Virus record (IMG/VR): IMGVR_UViG_3300037783_000006
Location: 1 to 44,161 of that record
Reading direction: 5' to 3' (one strand)
Length of the DNA stretch: 44,161 nt
From: a virus
Lineage: Duplodnaviria > Caudoviricetes
In this document: one piece after another, positions 17,087-26,159 of the stretch
Layout of the letters: each line of letters begins with the position of its first letter
How positions within the stretch are numbered: position 1 is the stretch's first letter
Translations under genes and position numbers: made by a program
Notes under the pieces: model-generated
What the model saw: only the letters and a program-made list of their open reading frames with translations
The model's database searches: none
What the model was told of the DNA's origin: nothing

Positions 17087-17512
17087 TTATTCACACTTAG
17101 CCTTAAAACTATTATGAATCTTCATAGTTTGATATTCGTTAGTTTCTATGAGTTGTCGAATCATTTTAATAGAATGAAGAACAGTTGAATGGTCGCGATT
17201 GAAAACTTTACCAATTTCTTCAAGTGTATATGCTTTCGTGTATAGCTGGTCGTAAATCTGATACATAGCGTACTGCCTAGCCAAAGTCACGGGTCTTTTC
17301 CTAGAATTTGATTTAAGTTCTGCGAATGGTATTCCTGTTGATTCGTAGACTTTTTCAATTATGTCTTTTATGTCTTTTTCTAAGTGCTTCGTGTAGTTCT
17401 CTCCCTTGACTATCTCTACTAATTCCGTGACATCTTCGCCAAAGTATCCTGAGTATAATTCTAGTATATCTATCAGTTTAGCTTGTTTATTTTCCGTCAG
17501 TCTTATTGTCAT
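17087..17512 (-). CDS. DnaA C-terminal (domain IV)-like HTH DNA-binding protein
   Basis: SRKRPVTLARQYAMY...TLEEIGKVFNRDHSTVLHSI matches the DnaA domain IV signature; no AAA+ domain. Confidence 0.9.
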   Translation of the reverse strand: MTIRLTENKQAKLIDILELYSGYFGEDVTELVEIVKGENYTKHLEKDIKDIIEKVYESTGIPFAELKSNSRKRPVTLARQYAMYQIYDQLYTKAYTLEEIGKVFNRDHSTVLHSIKMIRQLIETNEYQTMKIHNSFKAKCE

Positions 17513-17625
17513 TTCCTTTCGTTTTCTTGTTTCACATGGTCGAAGAATACATCCTGCATCTTCGCGTATTGCTTACGTTTCTCGTCAGTAGTAGCGTCCT
17601 TTGCCATCTCATCGAGTATTTTCAT
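17509..17625 (-). CDS. Hypothetical 38-aa protein (not in the ORF track)
   Basis: MKILDEMAKDATTDEKRKQYAKMQDVFFDHVKQENERK; ATGA overlap with the downstream gene. Confidence 0.55.
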   Translation of the reverse strand: MKILDEMAKDATTDEKRKQYAKMQDVFFDHVKQENERK

Positions 17626-17629
17626 ATCC

Positions 17630-19414
17630 CTAAAAAGGCGATATTTCGTCCTCGTCTGTTTCATCTATGTCTATTATTTCAAATGATTGATTAGGTTTCA
17701 TTGCTGTTAATGTCTGCTCTTCCATCGGCAATGTCATATCAAATCGCGGTGGATTCGTTCCATACTCGTAATATCGTCCCGTTGGTATGTCGTAGCTTAT
17801 TCTTACTTCTTTTCCTATTTCTCCTTGAAACGAAAACTTCACTTTTGTTGACCAAAATTCTGAGTAATCATCATCTCCGAAGTAACGGTGGATAGTAAAC
17901 CCGTCATGCGTCTGGTTGCGGAAATCTGCTGAACCTGACACATCGTAAAGCGTTGGAACATCGTAATCCGTTGACCCTTCCTTCTTTTTCATCTTGGTCG
18001 GATGCGCCACCAAGAAAATTATCACATCGTTGGTCTGTGCAAATGATGTTAGTTTGGTCAGTATGTCGTTGATATTCTCCAATCTGTTACCCGTGGGCAT
18101 CTGAACCTTATTGAAAGCATCAATAACAAAAACGTCTATTCCGTAGCTAAAAACCTGTTCTTTGAATTTGTCAATCAACCATTCCCAGTCCGCAACCTGA
18201 CCGCGTTCGGGTGATGTTATGTAAATCTTCTCGTTCGCCCAATCAACATATCGTTCAATGTCTGTTTTGGTTATTCTTGGAACTCCGTCCATTTCCTTCC
18301 AAAAGTTACGTCCTACGGATTTCTGAATGAATGTCGTTTGGTGCAGCTCCATAGGTTGATGCTCAGGGCTAAAAAACGATGCTTTCATTCCGTAGTCATT
18401 TGCAATATTCATCACATACCACTCAACGTAATTAGACTTACCGTGTGAAGGAATACCCGTAACCGTTACAAGATGCCCTTTCATTACCGAAAAGATGCTG
18501 TTAACGTTCTCAAAACTTTTATGCTTCGGTTTGATTGTCTTCGGCAATCCGTTTTCGTAAAGGTCGTAGATTCCACTTTCCAAATCCTTGACCGTGTGCG
18601 TTCCCGATACAGGAAACTTCTGAACGCTTTTTAAGTCTGATTCAAAGTTGCCACTAAGCACAGAACCGTTCGCATCCTTGTCCGCCCACTCAATAAATGA
18701 ACATCTCCACTTTCCTAATCGGTGAGCTATCTTTTCCCGAACGTCTTTTCCTTTTTCATCGTTATCGACCGCAATGATAAACCGCTCCACGTCCTCAATG
18801 TACGGCTGCGAATTTATCCATTGGTCATCATGGTCGTTTGCACCGTTGGTAAGGCTTACTACATTCTCAACACCGTTAGCAACCATTGCCAATACATCGA
18901 ACTCACCCTCGACTATGTAGAGTTCCTTCGCGCCTATTGCAGCATTTATGTTATACAGCAGCTTCTTACCGTCCTTTGATTGCGTAAAGTTCTTACGCCC
19001 ATCTCTGTACTTCTTGTTCACTAATTGCTCACCCTCAAAGTAGTTGAACACAATACAGTTCTCTTCTTTGCCAGTTTGTGGCAACCATTGCTTCTCTTCT
19101 GTTATCCGAAAGTCTATCAGCGTCCGCTGTGGAATACCACGTTCAGCGCAATACTTGACCATCTTGTCAGATAGTGCTGTGAAGTTCTGCCAGTCCTGTG
19201 GAGGTGGCGTGTAGGTCGGTTTGAATGTTTCATCTGGTCTAAAACCAACTGCGCCACAATGATGGCAATTAGCTAAACCTTTGTCGAAGTTCACCGATAA
19301 ACAAGGGTCTTTCTTGTTTCGCCTATCCGCTGAACAGTTCGGGCAGGTGGTCTTCTTACTACCAGTACGGTTACCTTTTACCTCTATGCTATTCCAATCA
19401 ATGAACTGTTTCAT
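17630..19414 (-). CDS. Primase-helicase (T7 gp4/Twinkle-like)
   Basis: Zn finger CPNC..CHHC, TOPRIM IVEGEFD..AVDND..KDAN, SF4 helicase TGIPSHGKS, VIDAFN, LVAHP and GSADF motifs. Confidence 0.93.
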   Translation of the reverse strand: MKQFIDWNSIEVKGNRTGSKKTTCPNCSADRRNKKDPCLSVNFDKGLANCHHCGAVGFRPDETFKPTYTPPPQDWQNFTALSDKMVKYCAERGIPQRTLIDFRITEEKQWLPQTGKEENCIVFNYFEGEQLVNKKYRDGRKNFTQSKDGKKLLYNINAAIGAKELYIVEGEFDVLAMVANGVENVVSLTNGANDHDDQWINSQPYIEDVERFIIAVDNDEKGKDVREKIAHRLGKWRCSFIEWADKDANGSVLSGNFESDLKSVQKFPVSGTHTVKDLESGIYDLYENGLPKTIKPKHKSFENVNSIFSVMKGHLVTVTGIPSHGKSNYVEWYVMNIANDYGMKASFFSPEHQPMELHQTTFIQKSVGRNFWKEMDGVPRITKTDIERYVDWANEKIYITSPERGQVADWEWLIDKFKEQVFSYGIDVFVIDAFNKVQMPTGNRLENINDILTKLTSFAQTNDVIIFLVAHPTKMKKKEGSTDYDVPTLYDVSGSADFRNQTHDGFTIHRYFGDDDYSEFWSTKVKFSFQGEIGKEVRISYDIPTGRYYEYGTNPPRFDMTLPMEEQTLTAMKPNQSFEIIDIDETDEDEISPF

Positions 19415-20166
19415 AGAGGTATTCGGTATTTTTTTGGTTCGGGTTTCTTCGGTTCTTCAATTTCATCCATCCACACTCTTTCCTTCAAATAATTCTCAGG
19501 TCGTTTTCTGAATTGCTTGTCAGGTTTTGAGCGTACATACTTCGGTACGTGTTCGAGTATCTTCGCTATCTCGTTAGGCATCTCACGCGTTATCTGCGTC
19601 CATTCATGTTGTGCTTGCCGTAACCCTACGTTGTAATCGTATGCTTTCCAAAAAATGTCAAAGGCGGTTATTATTGTTTCTTCTTCTTCTTCGTTATTAG
19701 CATTATTATCATTATTGTTTGTATGCCCCTTGCGTTCCACTTGCGTTCCGTTAGCGTTTCCCTTGTGTTCCCTTATCGGTGCATCTAATGTTTCCTCAGT
19801 TCCTTTTCCGTTTTGGTAAGTGTCGTAGTTACAGACAGTTAGCAGCGTAGTTGAATGTTTCCCTTTTCCTATTGTTTCCCGTTTAACCATGCCGTCTTTC
19901 TCTAGCATATCAAAAAAACTTGTCGTTGCTTTAGTTCCACATCCAAACAATTCTGACCATGTTCTAATGCTTTTCAACGATTGTCCTCTATTGCACTCAA
20001 TCACATTGTAACCAATTGCAACCTTACCGTTTGCATGATTGACTTCAAACAATATCGTAAGCCACCACTTCAGCTTTTCAGCATCTGACCAGACCCAATG
20101 ATTTTTGATTGAACGGTACAGGCTTATCCAACCTTTGCCGTAGTTATTTTGATAGTCTTCTACCAT
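19411..20166 (-). CDS. Phage replication initiator/replisome organizer (lambda O-like)
   Basis: GWISLYRSI..HW.W N-terminal winged-helix type, TVCNYDTYQ, low-complexity linker, FDIFWKAY...KRPENYL...W.DE C-terminal domain. Confidence 0.85.
   Translation of the reverse strand: MVEDYQNNYGKGWISLYRSIKNHWVWSDAEKLKWWLTILFEVNHANGKVAIGYNVIECNRGQSLKSIRTWSELFGCGTKATTSFFDMLEKDGMVKRETIGKGKHSTTLLTVCNYDTYQNGKGTEETLDAPIREHKGNANGTQVERKGHTNNNDNNANNEEEEETIITAFDIFWKAYDYNVGLRQAQHEWTQITREMPNEIAKILEHVPKYVRSKPDKQFRKRPENYLKERVWMDEIEEPKKPEPKKYRIPL
19729..19771. repeat. Four iteron-like 10-mers at 11-bp period (putative replication origin)
   Basis: CTTGCGTTCC (19729), CTTGCGTTCC (19740), TTAGCGTTTC (19751), CTTGTGTTCC (19762), next to a strand-biased AT-rich tract at about 19670-19722. 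Confidence 0.65.
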
Positions 20167-20169
20167 AAT

Positions 20170-20314
20170 AAAAAGTTTGAACGGCTAAGGTTGACCGCCT
20201 TAGTAACGAAAGGATACTGTGAAGCGCAGCGTTCTACCTTCGTATTTTTACCGTTCAATAATATGGTTCTCATTATGCTTCATTCCGCCTTGTCATCAGC
20301 GACCCTCAAATATA
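20170..20314 (-). promoter_or_regulatory. Promoter (TATATTTG 20307-20314) and structured ~140-nt leader of the replication genes
   Basis: TTGAACGG/CCGTTCAA (20177-20184 / 20251-20258) closes inner hairpins CTAAGG/CCTTAG and ACGAAAGG/CCTTCGT. Confidence 0.55.
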
Positions 20315-20325
20315 GTATTTTTCTG

Positions 20326-21327
20326 TTAAAACAACGTGTGCTGTTTTACCTTTTGCTTGAACCTTTTCTCAGCTTCTTTTAAGTTCAAAACCGCCTGTTT
20401 GTAATAGCTATCCTTTAGCTCTATTCCTATTGCTTTACGACCCATTGAAACAGGGCTGTAAACCTCAGAACCAACACCCATAAAAGGAGTTAATACTACC
20501 TCATCTGGATTTGAATACAATTCAACCAATCGGTCAATTACATCCAATTGCAACGGGTGTACGTGCTTTTCATCATCTTCTTCTTTTGAATCTCTGAATG
20601 GTAGAACATTTCTATTTCTAATATCGTCCCAAACGCTGGAAGCGTAACGTTGCCAAATAATATGCGCCTTCTTGTTTGTTTTGTGGTCTTTCCAATCTTT
20701 GTATTTAATACAAATGTCATTCCAACTGCCGTACTTTTTTTCCATTTCAGGAAGCATTGGCGTTAAACCATAGTATTCAGTCATTCCTGTTTCGTGAGTA
20801 ACTGGGACTTTATTTTCTCCACCTTTTCTAAATATCAAAACGTAATCAGGAATCGCTGTAAAACATCTTGTTGAATCTTCAACTATGTTTTTATGCATTA
20901 AACTTTGAACCATTGTTCTCATTCTTACTTCAAGTGGTTCTTTCCAAATGGTTATACGGTTATTGTAAGTAAACCCGTACTTTAAATGGAGTTTGATTAT
21001 CTCGTGTGGAAAATCCCAAAGATTATGTTTTGTTGTTTGAGTTATCACATCTTGGCAATGTACTGCTGTAATTCTACCAGCTTTTGTTACCCTTGCAATT
21101 TCCGCTACCAGATACTCATATTGTTGTAAGAATTGTTCTTTTGTCTCACAGTTGCTGAAATCGTTTTCGCTTGAACTGTAATTGTAAAGCCCTGCAAATG
21201 GTGGAGAATAAACACTTAAGTCTATGCTTTCATCTTCTAGTGTTGGCATTACCAACATACAATCTGAGTTGTAGATAGCGTACCTGTCCGTTACTAGTTG
21301 GTCTTTTACTGTGTTTTCCATTTTCAT
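20326..21327 (-). CDS. Beta-class DNA methyltransferase (N4-C/N6-A)
   Basis: DLSVYSPPF catalytic motif precedes HVHPLQ and VLTPFMGVGS (SAM binding), GIELK. Confidence 0.93.
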   Translation of the reverse strand: MKMENTVKDQLVTDRYAIYNSDCMLVMPTLEDESIDLSVYSPPFAGLYNYSSSENDFSNCETKEQFLQQYEYLVAEIARVTKAGRITAVHCQDVITQTTKHNLWDFPHEIIKLHLKYGFTYNNRITIWKEPLEVRMRTMVQSLMHKNIVEDSTRCFTAIPDYVLIFRKGGENKVPVTHETGMTEYYGLTPMLPEMEKKYGSWNDICIKYKDWKDHKTNKKAHIIWQRYASSVWDDIRNRNVLPFRDSKEEDDEKHVHPLQLDVIDRLVELYSNPDEVVLTPFMGVGSEVYSPVSMGRKAIGIELKDSYYKQAVLNLKEAEKRFKQKVKQHTLF

Positions 21328-22685
21328 AAAAATTTAGGTTTGATTATTTGCTTGTTAAACTCTTTTTTTGAAATTTCAACTTGATTGCTTAGGTTTTTTT
21401 GTATCTGTTTATGAAAGTTTCTTGCCTTCTCTGTTTTATACATCAATGAGTCAATTACTCTTTTTTGACCATCTGATAAAACCAAATCAATCGTAACAGT
21501 ATTCTTTTGTCCAAATCTCCAAAACCTTCTAACAGCTTGGTAATACTGCTCATAACTCCAAGTAGGAAAGAAAACAGAGTGATTGCAATGCTGCCAATTT
21601 AAACCGAATGAAGTCATTTTTGGCTTGGTTATTATTCGTTTTATATCTCCTTTTGCAAATGCTAGTAGTATATCTTCTTTTTTATCAATTGACATTGAGC
21701 CGATAATTTCAACAGCATCTTTGTCCAGCTCATTAAGCAAAGCAGATTCATCATTAAAGTTGCACCAGTAAACAGACGTTTTACCGCTTGCTAATTCAAC
21801 TGCTTTTTCGCATCTCTCTTTTACCGTCCATTTTTGTTCTTGCCTTACCTCGCTCATTGTTTTTGCTATTCCGTTGAACATTTGCACCTGACCATTTATT
21901 ACCCAGTTACTTTCATTTTTGACAAAAACTTTATTTTCAATCAATTCTGGCAATTCGTATCGTTCATCTGAAAATCCTAAATCACTTGGTTTTTTTGCTG
22001 TTAACGACCATTGATTAACCCACGAAAAAAAGTCATTTTTTGCGTGTGGTTTTAAGTACCATTTTGTTCCTATTTCCTGTGGTCTTATGTTGTTTTCATT
22101 GTTTGCGAAAAACCTGCTTAACATATCCATATAAGGCAAATACCCCAACGCTTCGCTACTTGTTCCAAATTCAATATAATCGTTAGGTGCTGGTGTAGCC
22201 GTACTCAAAAAACGATAGGGTACTTTTTTGATAAATGCGTTTATCTGATTTTTGATTTTACCATCAAAGTTTTTCAGAATGGAACTTTCGTCAAGTATAA
22301 CACAGCCGAAGTCATTACTATCAAAGTAGTGCAACCTTTCATAGTTGCAAATAACTATTTTCTTCGTGTGCTTGCCGTCCTTTGAATACTCGATGTCATC
22401 AACTCCAATCTTTTCAGCTTCCAGTATAAATTGAAACGAAACCGCTAAAGGCGTAAGTATCAAGACCTTTTTGTTGGTGTGGTTTACAACATTCTGAGCA
22501 ATTGACAATTGAACCAACGTCTTACCAAGTCCAGTGTCAAGAAACACCGCAATACGACCTTTCTTAACAGCCTTTTCAATTACGTGTTTCTGAAAATCAA
22601 ATGCAATGTCAGGAATGAAATTAGCCTCAAACCCGAACTCGCCTATAGAGTGTCTTTTTGATTGTAGAAAGTCTTCGTATTTCAT
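21324..22685 (-). CDS. SF2 (SNF2-like) helicase/ATPase
   Basis: DTGLGKT, ILDESS, STATPAPND, FGLNWQ and QAVRRFWRFGQ motifs. Confidence 0.92.
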   Translation of the reverse strand: MKYEDFLQSKRHSIGEFGFEANFIPDIAFDFQKHVIEKAVKKGRIAVFLDTGLGKTLVQLSIAQNVVNHTNKKVLILTPLAVSFQFILEAEKIGVDDIEYSKDGKHTKKIVICNYERLHYFDSNDFGCVILDESSILKNFDGKIKNQINAFIKKVPYRFLSTATPAPNDYIEFGTSSEALGYLPYMDMLSRFFANNENNIRPQEIGTKWYLKPHAKNDFFSWVNQWSLTAKKPSDLGFSDERYELPELIENKVFVKNESNWVINGQVQMFNGIAKTMSEVRQEQKWTVKERCEKAVELASGKTSVYWCNFNDESALLNELDKDAVEIIGSMSIDKKEDILLAFAKGDIKRIITKPKMTSFGLNWQHCNHSVFFPTWSYEQYYQAVRRFWRFGQKNTVTIDLVLSDGQKRVIDSLMYKTEKARNFHKQIQKNLSNQVEISKKEFNKQIIKPKFL

Positions 22686-22864
22686 TTCAATTCAACTTTA
22701 CGTGGTCGCATAGAACCCCAGCTTAACTCACTTATTTCTTTGACATCGGCTTTATTATCGCTGTCGAGGTCTAAATTGTCGGCTATTTCCTGTGCCTGTG
22801 CTTTAGCGTCTTCGTCATTATCAGCGTAGACGTACAGGTCGATTTCTACTACGTATCTTTTCAT
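22682..22864 (-). CDS. Hypothetical protein
   Basis: 60 aa; ATGA overlaps on both sides. Confidence 0.75.
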   Translation of the reverse strand: MKRYVVEIDLYVYADNDEDAKAQAQEIADNLDLDSDNKADVKEISELSWGSMRPRKVELK

Positions 22865-23148
22865 TTTATTTCGTCTATCGGTTCAACTGTTTCCATCCGA
22901 GCAGAACGATGACCCTCAACGTGTTCAATTATCTGATAAGCGTCAACCATCTGCAATAATTCATCGGTCACATCGTTACCGTCTTCATCTAATATTGTAT
23001 CAATTTCAGCACTTTGCCAGTCAGAAGGACGGTCGTACGTGCCGTTATTGAGACATTTAGAAGGATAGTATCTAACTTCAAATTCGCGTGATGCTATTTC
23101 CTCACCGTAAAGGCTTTTGCGCTCAATTGTTAGTGTGCAGCTGTTCAT
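22861..23148 (-). CDS. Hypothetical protein
   Basis: 95 aa; leader AACTAAAACAAACGAC-ATG. Confidence 0.75.
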   Translation of the reverse strand: MNSCTLTIERKSLYGEEIASREFEVRYYPSKCLNNGTYDRPSDWQSAEIDTILDEDGNDVTDELLQMVDAYQIIEHVEGHRSARMETVEPIDEIK

Positions 23149-23199
23149 GTCGTTTGTTTTAGTTGTTAATGAGGTGTAGGATGCCTCGCCCCGTGTTGA

Positions 23200-23403
23200 T
23201 TAGTAGTAATTTCCTGCGTGGTCTGCTTCATCAAAAACTGATAAAACTTCACCAGTGTAAATTGTCAATCCTAAACTTAAAGCAATTTGCTCATGTTTTT
23301 CATTGTGATTGTGAAAATCAATTCTGCAATCAGTACCTATTAAGTTTTTAATGATTGTTTCAAAATTCTCGTTAGTAATCGTTTTTAAATCTACTGTTTT
23401 CAT
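23200..23403 (-). CDS. Hypothetical protein (start revised to ATG 23403)
   Basis: Same leader as the 23148 gene; TATATTTG at 23433-23440. Confidence 0.7.
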   Translation of the reverse strand: MKTVDLKTITNENFETIIKNLIGTDCRIDFHNHNEKHEQIALSLGLTIYTGEVLSVFDEADHAGNYY

Positions 23404-23503
23404 GTCGTTTGTTTTAGTTGTTTTCGTTGGGTCAAATATAAAAACATTTTTGTTGTAAAAACAAATATTCACCAAAAAAAGTGAGATTATTTTTGAATCA
23501 TGT

Positions 23504-23827
23504 TCAAGGCAAAGGCTCAATATCAAACTCAATGAACTCATCACCCTTTGCAACATCTACCTTTTCAACCGTCAATCTGTAAATGTAACGGTCGTTAAAC
23601 CCGTATTTTTTTTGGAGTATGTCAACGAAAGGTTTTACACCATTGTCAACGTCCATATTTTTTGAAGATAGACCAAAACGCAAACGGAGGCTTAACTTGC
23701 CCCCGTTCACATTCATTGGTTTTAATAACGCCAATACGTCTTTTTCGTAACGCTTATATTCATGGGTCTTGAAACGTCTACCTTGCCACGCTCTGTTAAC
23801 TGATAGTGGTTTGATTTCTATTCGCAT
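23504..23827 (-). CDS. rusA: RusA-like Holliday junction resolvase
   Basis: KPLSVN..WQG, DVDNGVKPFVDIL and GFNDRYI motifs. Confidence 0.8.
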   Translation of the reverse strand: MRIEIKPLSVNRAWQGRRFKTHEYKRYEKDVLALLKPMNVNGGKLSLRLRFGLSSKNMDVDNGVKPFVDILQKKYGFNDRYIYRLTVEKVDVAKGDEFIEFDIEPLP

Positions 23828-24180
23828 CAGAAGGGCAGGTCATCTTCACCAACGTCATCAATTGTAGATGGTTGCGCTTTGTCCCTTGCAGCTTGTGCCG
23901 TTACATCGTTACCGTCTTCAGTAGCATCTATTTTCCAGCCAACTAGGTTAACGTAGAACTTGCCTTTGTACTCATTGCCACGCAGGTCGTAGCTAACTGT
24001 AACAAGTTGACCTTCCGCAATATTGTCTAGCTTGTTAACATTGTCTTTAAGGAAATCAAACGGTATTGTTTGAGGATAATCTCCTGTGGTTTTTAAAACC
24101 AACGTGCGTTTTGTGAAGCCGCTATCGAATGTTTGGGTTTCCAATACTTTGTAAACTGGTGCTGTAATTTTGTTACTCAT
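23827..24180 (-). CDS. Single-stranded DNA-binding protein, DUF3127 (Bacteroidota) type
   Basis: SGFTKR.LV, YPQ.I.F, LRGNEYKGKFYVNL.GWKI and acidic DDLPF tail. Confidence 0.85.
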   Translation of the reverse strand: MSNKITAPVYKVLETQTFDSGFTKRTLVLKTTGDYPQTIPFDFLKDNVNKLDNIAEGQLVTVSYDLRGNEYKGKFYVNLVGWKIDATEDGNDVTAQAARDKAQPSTIDDVGEDDLPF

Positions 24181-24434
24181 TGTCCTAATGATTCTAATTT
24201 ATTTTGTGCTTTTTCTTTGCTTGTAAAACTCCATGCCCAAATTCCAAATGCTTTTGACGTTGGATAACTAACGCAGTCAAAACGGCTGTTTTCAACTCTT
24301 TTAAATGTTTCGTAATGCAGATCCCCGTCTACGTCTACTTCGTACAAATAACCGTTGTTCGTGGCTTTAATTTGGGTAAATTTAAACCCCTTCACCTCTC
24401 CTTTTCCTGAAAAGGTCTTTTGTAACTCTTTCAT
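24177..24434 (-). CDS. Hypothetical protein
   Basis: 85 aa, coupled in the operon. Confidence 0.75.
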   Translation of the reverse strand: MKELQKTFSGKGEVKGFKFTQIKATNNGYLYEVDVDGDLHYETFKRVENSRFDCVSYPTSKAFGIWAWSFTSKEKAQNKLESLGQ

Positions 24435-24458
24435 GTCGTTTGCTTTTGTGTTTGATTT

Positions 24459-24818
24459 TTAATCTAATTTTGATTTAACGTGATTTATTTTCTTTTCCAT
24501 GTAGTCCGAATAAAAGTCATTGAACTCTTCGAACCCTGTATCGTGTTGCTGCCAATATACGAACAATGAACCTCGTAACCGTTGGCTAAGTGACTTGCCA
24601 TTAGGTACATCGTCAATTGATAACTTAGCATCTTGCAGCGTTTCAATTTCCTTTGGCGTAAGGTCGTTAGGTGCTATTCCAATTGAGCATAGTTTGTTGT
24701 TCAATCCAAATAGTTTACCTGCATCTGACGGCTTTAATTCTTGCGTTCCGACCGCTACCTTCAACGTTCCGTCCTTTCGCGTTGTAATCGCTTCTATTTG
24801 CGCTTTAAGTAGTATCAT
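24459..24818 (-). CDS. Hypothetical protein
   Basis: 119 aa; KSLSQRLRG.LFV.W motif; coupled. Confidence 0.75.
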   Translation of the reverse strand: MILLKAQIEAITTRKDGTLKVAVGTQELKPSDAGKLFGLNNKLCSIGIAPNDLTPKEIETLQDAKLSIDDVPNGKSLSQRLRGSLFVYWQQHDTGFEEFNDFYSDYMEKKINHVKSKLD

Positions 24819-25057
24819 TTGTAGTTTGCTCTTATTTCATCCTCTCGCTCCGACCTTGCCTTGACCGCTTCGATAACATCTTTATGAAGCTGTTTCCACG
24901 TTTTGTCCTGTTCATATATCTGTCGAAAGTTAGGCTGGTCAATTCGCTTAATACTCATTTGTTGACGTATCTCCGAAGGTATCTGCATGAACAGTTCATC
25001 AGATAGTTGCGCTTGTATCTCTATCTCGCGCAAGTTTTCAAATAGTTCCTTACTCAT
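24815..25057 (-). CDS. Hypothetical protein
   Basis: 80 aa; ATGA overlaps. Confidence 0.75.
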   Translation of the reverse strand: MSKELFENLREIEIQAQLSDELFMQIPSEIRQQMSIKRIDQPNFRQIYEQDKTWKQLHKDVIEAVKARSEREDEIRANYK

Positions 25058-25653
25058 CCTGTAATTTCTTGAAGCGATTGAATCTTTTCCTTCAAACTAG
25101 CCTCAACACTTTCGGAAATCTCGTAAACCTGTTTAGCCTTTTCAATTGTACCGTGTACTAACTCACCGTCCTTGTTTTTCTTTCCGTTGATAACCCAATC
25201 GACAATAGCCATAAACTGCTCAGAACCGTCTTCTATTTTAACTTTTGCTTTTTTCTTTGGTTCTGATTGCTTTCGATGCGTATTTGTAGCGTCAGCATCC
25301 TTAGTGTCATCAATCAGAAATAAGCCATTCAACGCGTACTTACGTGCGTAAGAAGATGAACTACCGAATGACTGTGCAATGTCCATTCCTTTGCGATTTG
25401 AGTCGATGCCAGCTTGTGCCTTTACAACTTGACACCCATCACTATCAGTTATCGTTGCAACCGCTTCCACAAACACCATTCCGCCAACTTCCTTAACTTC
25501 ATCCGTAATAGTTAAGGTGCAATCATGCTTTTTTAATAGTGGTTTGACCGCTTCGAGAATGTCTTCGCAGCTTCGGTACTTATACTTTCCAAAAGCATTG
25601 TATTGATTCTTTGGTGCTTTCAGTTCGTTTTGAATTTCTGTTAGTTTTTTCAT
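25054..25653 (-). CDS. erf: ERF-family single-strand annealing protein
   Basis: LKAPKNQYNAFGKYKYRSCEDILEAVKP and GSSSSYARKYALNGLF.IDD..DAD signature. Confidence 0.92.
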   Translation of the reverse strand: MKKLTEIQNELKAPKNQYNAFGKYKYRSCEDILEAVKPLLKKHDCTLTITDEVKEVGGMVFVEAVATITDSDGCQVVKAQAGIDSNRKGMDIAQSFGSSSSYARKYALNGLFLIDDTKDADATNTHRKQSEPKKKAKVKIEDGSEQFMAIVDWVINGKKNKDGELVHGTIEKAKQVYEISESVEASLKEKIQSLQEITG

Positions 25654-25654
25654 G

Positions 25655-25813
25655 TTAAATAGAATTTATGATTAGTTCTCGTTGCTCAATTATCAGTTTA
25701 ATGAATGTATTGTCATGCAATCCTGCGTTTTTAACGTAGTTCTTAGCCACATCTAACTGCAAATTTGTTTTACAGCTATTGATTACCTATACGCATCTCT
25801 CAAAGTGTTTCAT
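25655..25813 (-). pseudogene. 52-codon gene with an in-frame TAG at codon 9
   Basis: MKHFERCV*VINSCKTNLQLDVAKNYVKNAGLHDNTFIKLIIEQRELIINSI; ATGA overlap upstream, ends 1 nt before erf. Confidence 0.6.
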
Positions 25814-26055
25814 ACTTTAATACCTTTTGATTTAAGAAGCCTCACAGCCTCATCGTAAACCCTTGTTTTTCGTTCTATGTAAAACTCGCCAGTCTGCGTG
25901 CGGTAATTGCCTAACGTGTCTCTCACCGTTGATAGTGGAATGAAGTCAGGACTGCCCTCTTTTATTCCATCATTTATCTTTTCGTGAATTTTCTTCATCG
26001 CTCCCATAGGAAGCAACTCTTTAATTCGCTTAACTTTTTTTTCGGTGTATTTCAT
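25810..26055 (-). CDS. Small basic putative DNA-binding (Cro-like) regulator
   Basis: First gene of the leftward operon; 81 aa, basic, LSTVRDTL helix; inferred from position. Confidence 0.5.
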   Translation of the reverse strand: MKYTEKKVKRIKELLPMGAMKKIHEKINDGIKEGSPDFIPLSTVRDTLGNYRTQTGEFYIERKTRVYDEAVRLLKSKGIKV

Positions 26056-26092
26056 TGAGTTTATTTGGTTACGTTTAGAAAAAAGTCAGTCA

Positions 26093-26155
26093 CAAACATA
26101 AGCTATTTTTGTCGAAACAACAAAATAACAGCTATTTTTTTAATCATTATATTTG
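26093..26155. promoter_or_regulatory. Divergent promoter pair: TATGTTTG (minus, 26093-26100) and TATATTTG (plus, 26148-26155), with repeated AGCTATTTTT (26101, 26130)
   Basis: TAnnTTTG matches at the strand switch. Confidence 0.75.
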
Positions 26156-26159
26156 ACAA

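Noticed and set aside
15977-24864. Plus-strand and nested track ORFs in the replication region (e.g. 17406, 18722, 20538, 24520)
   Set aside because: Overlap longer motif-bearing genes; no independent support.
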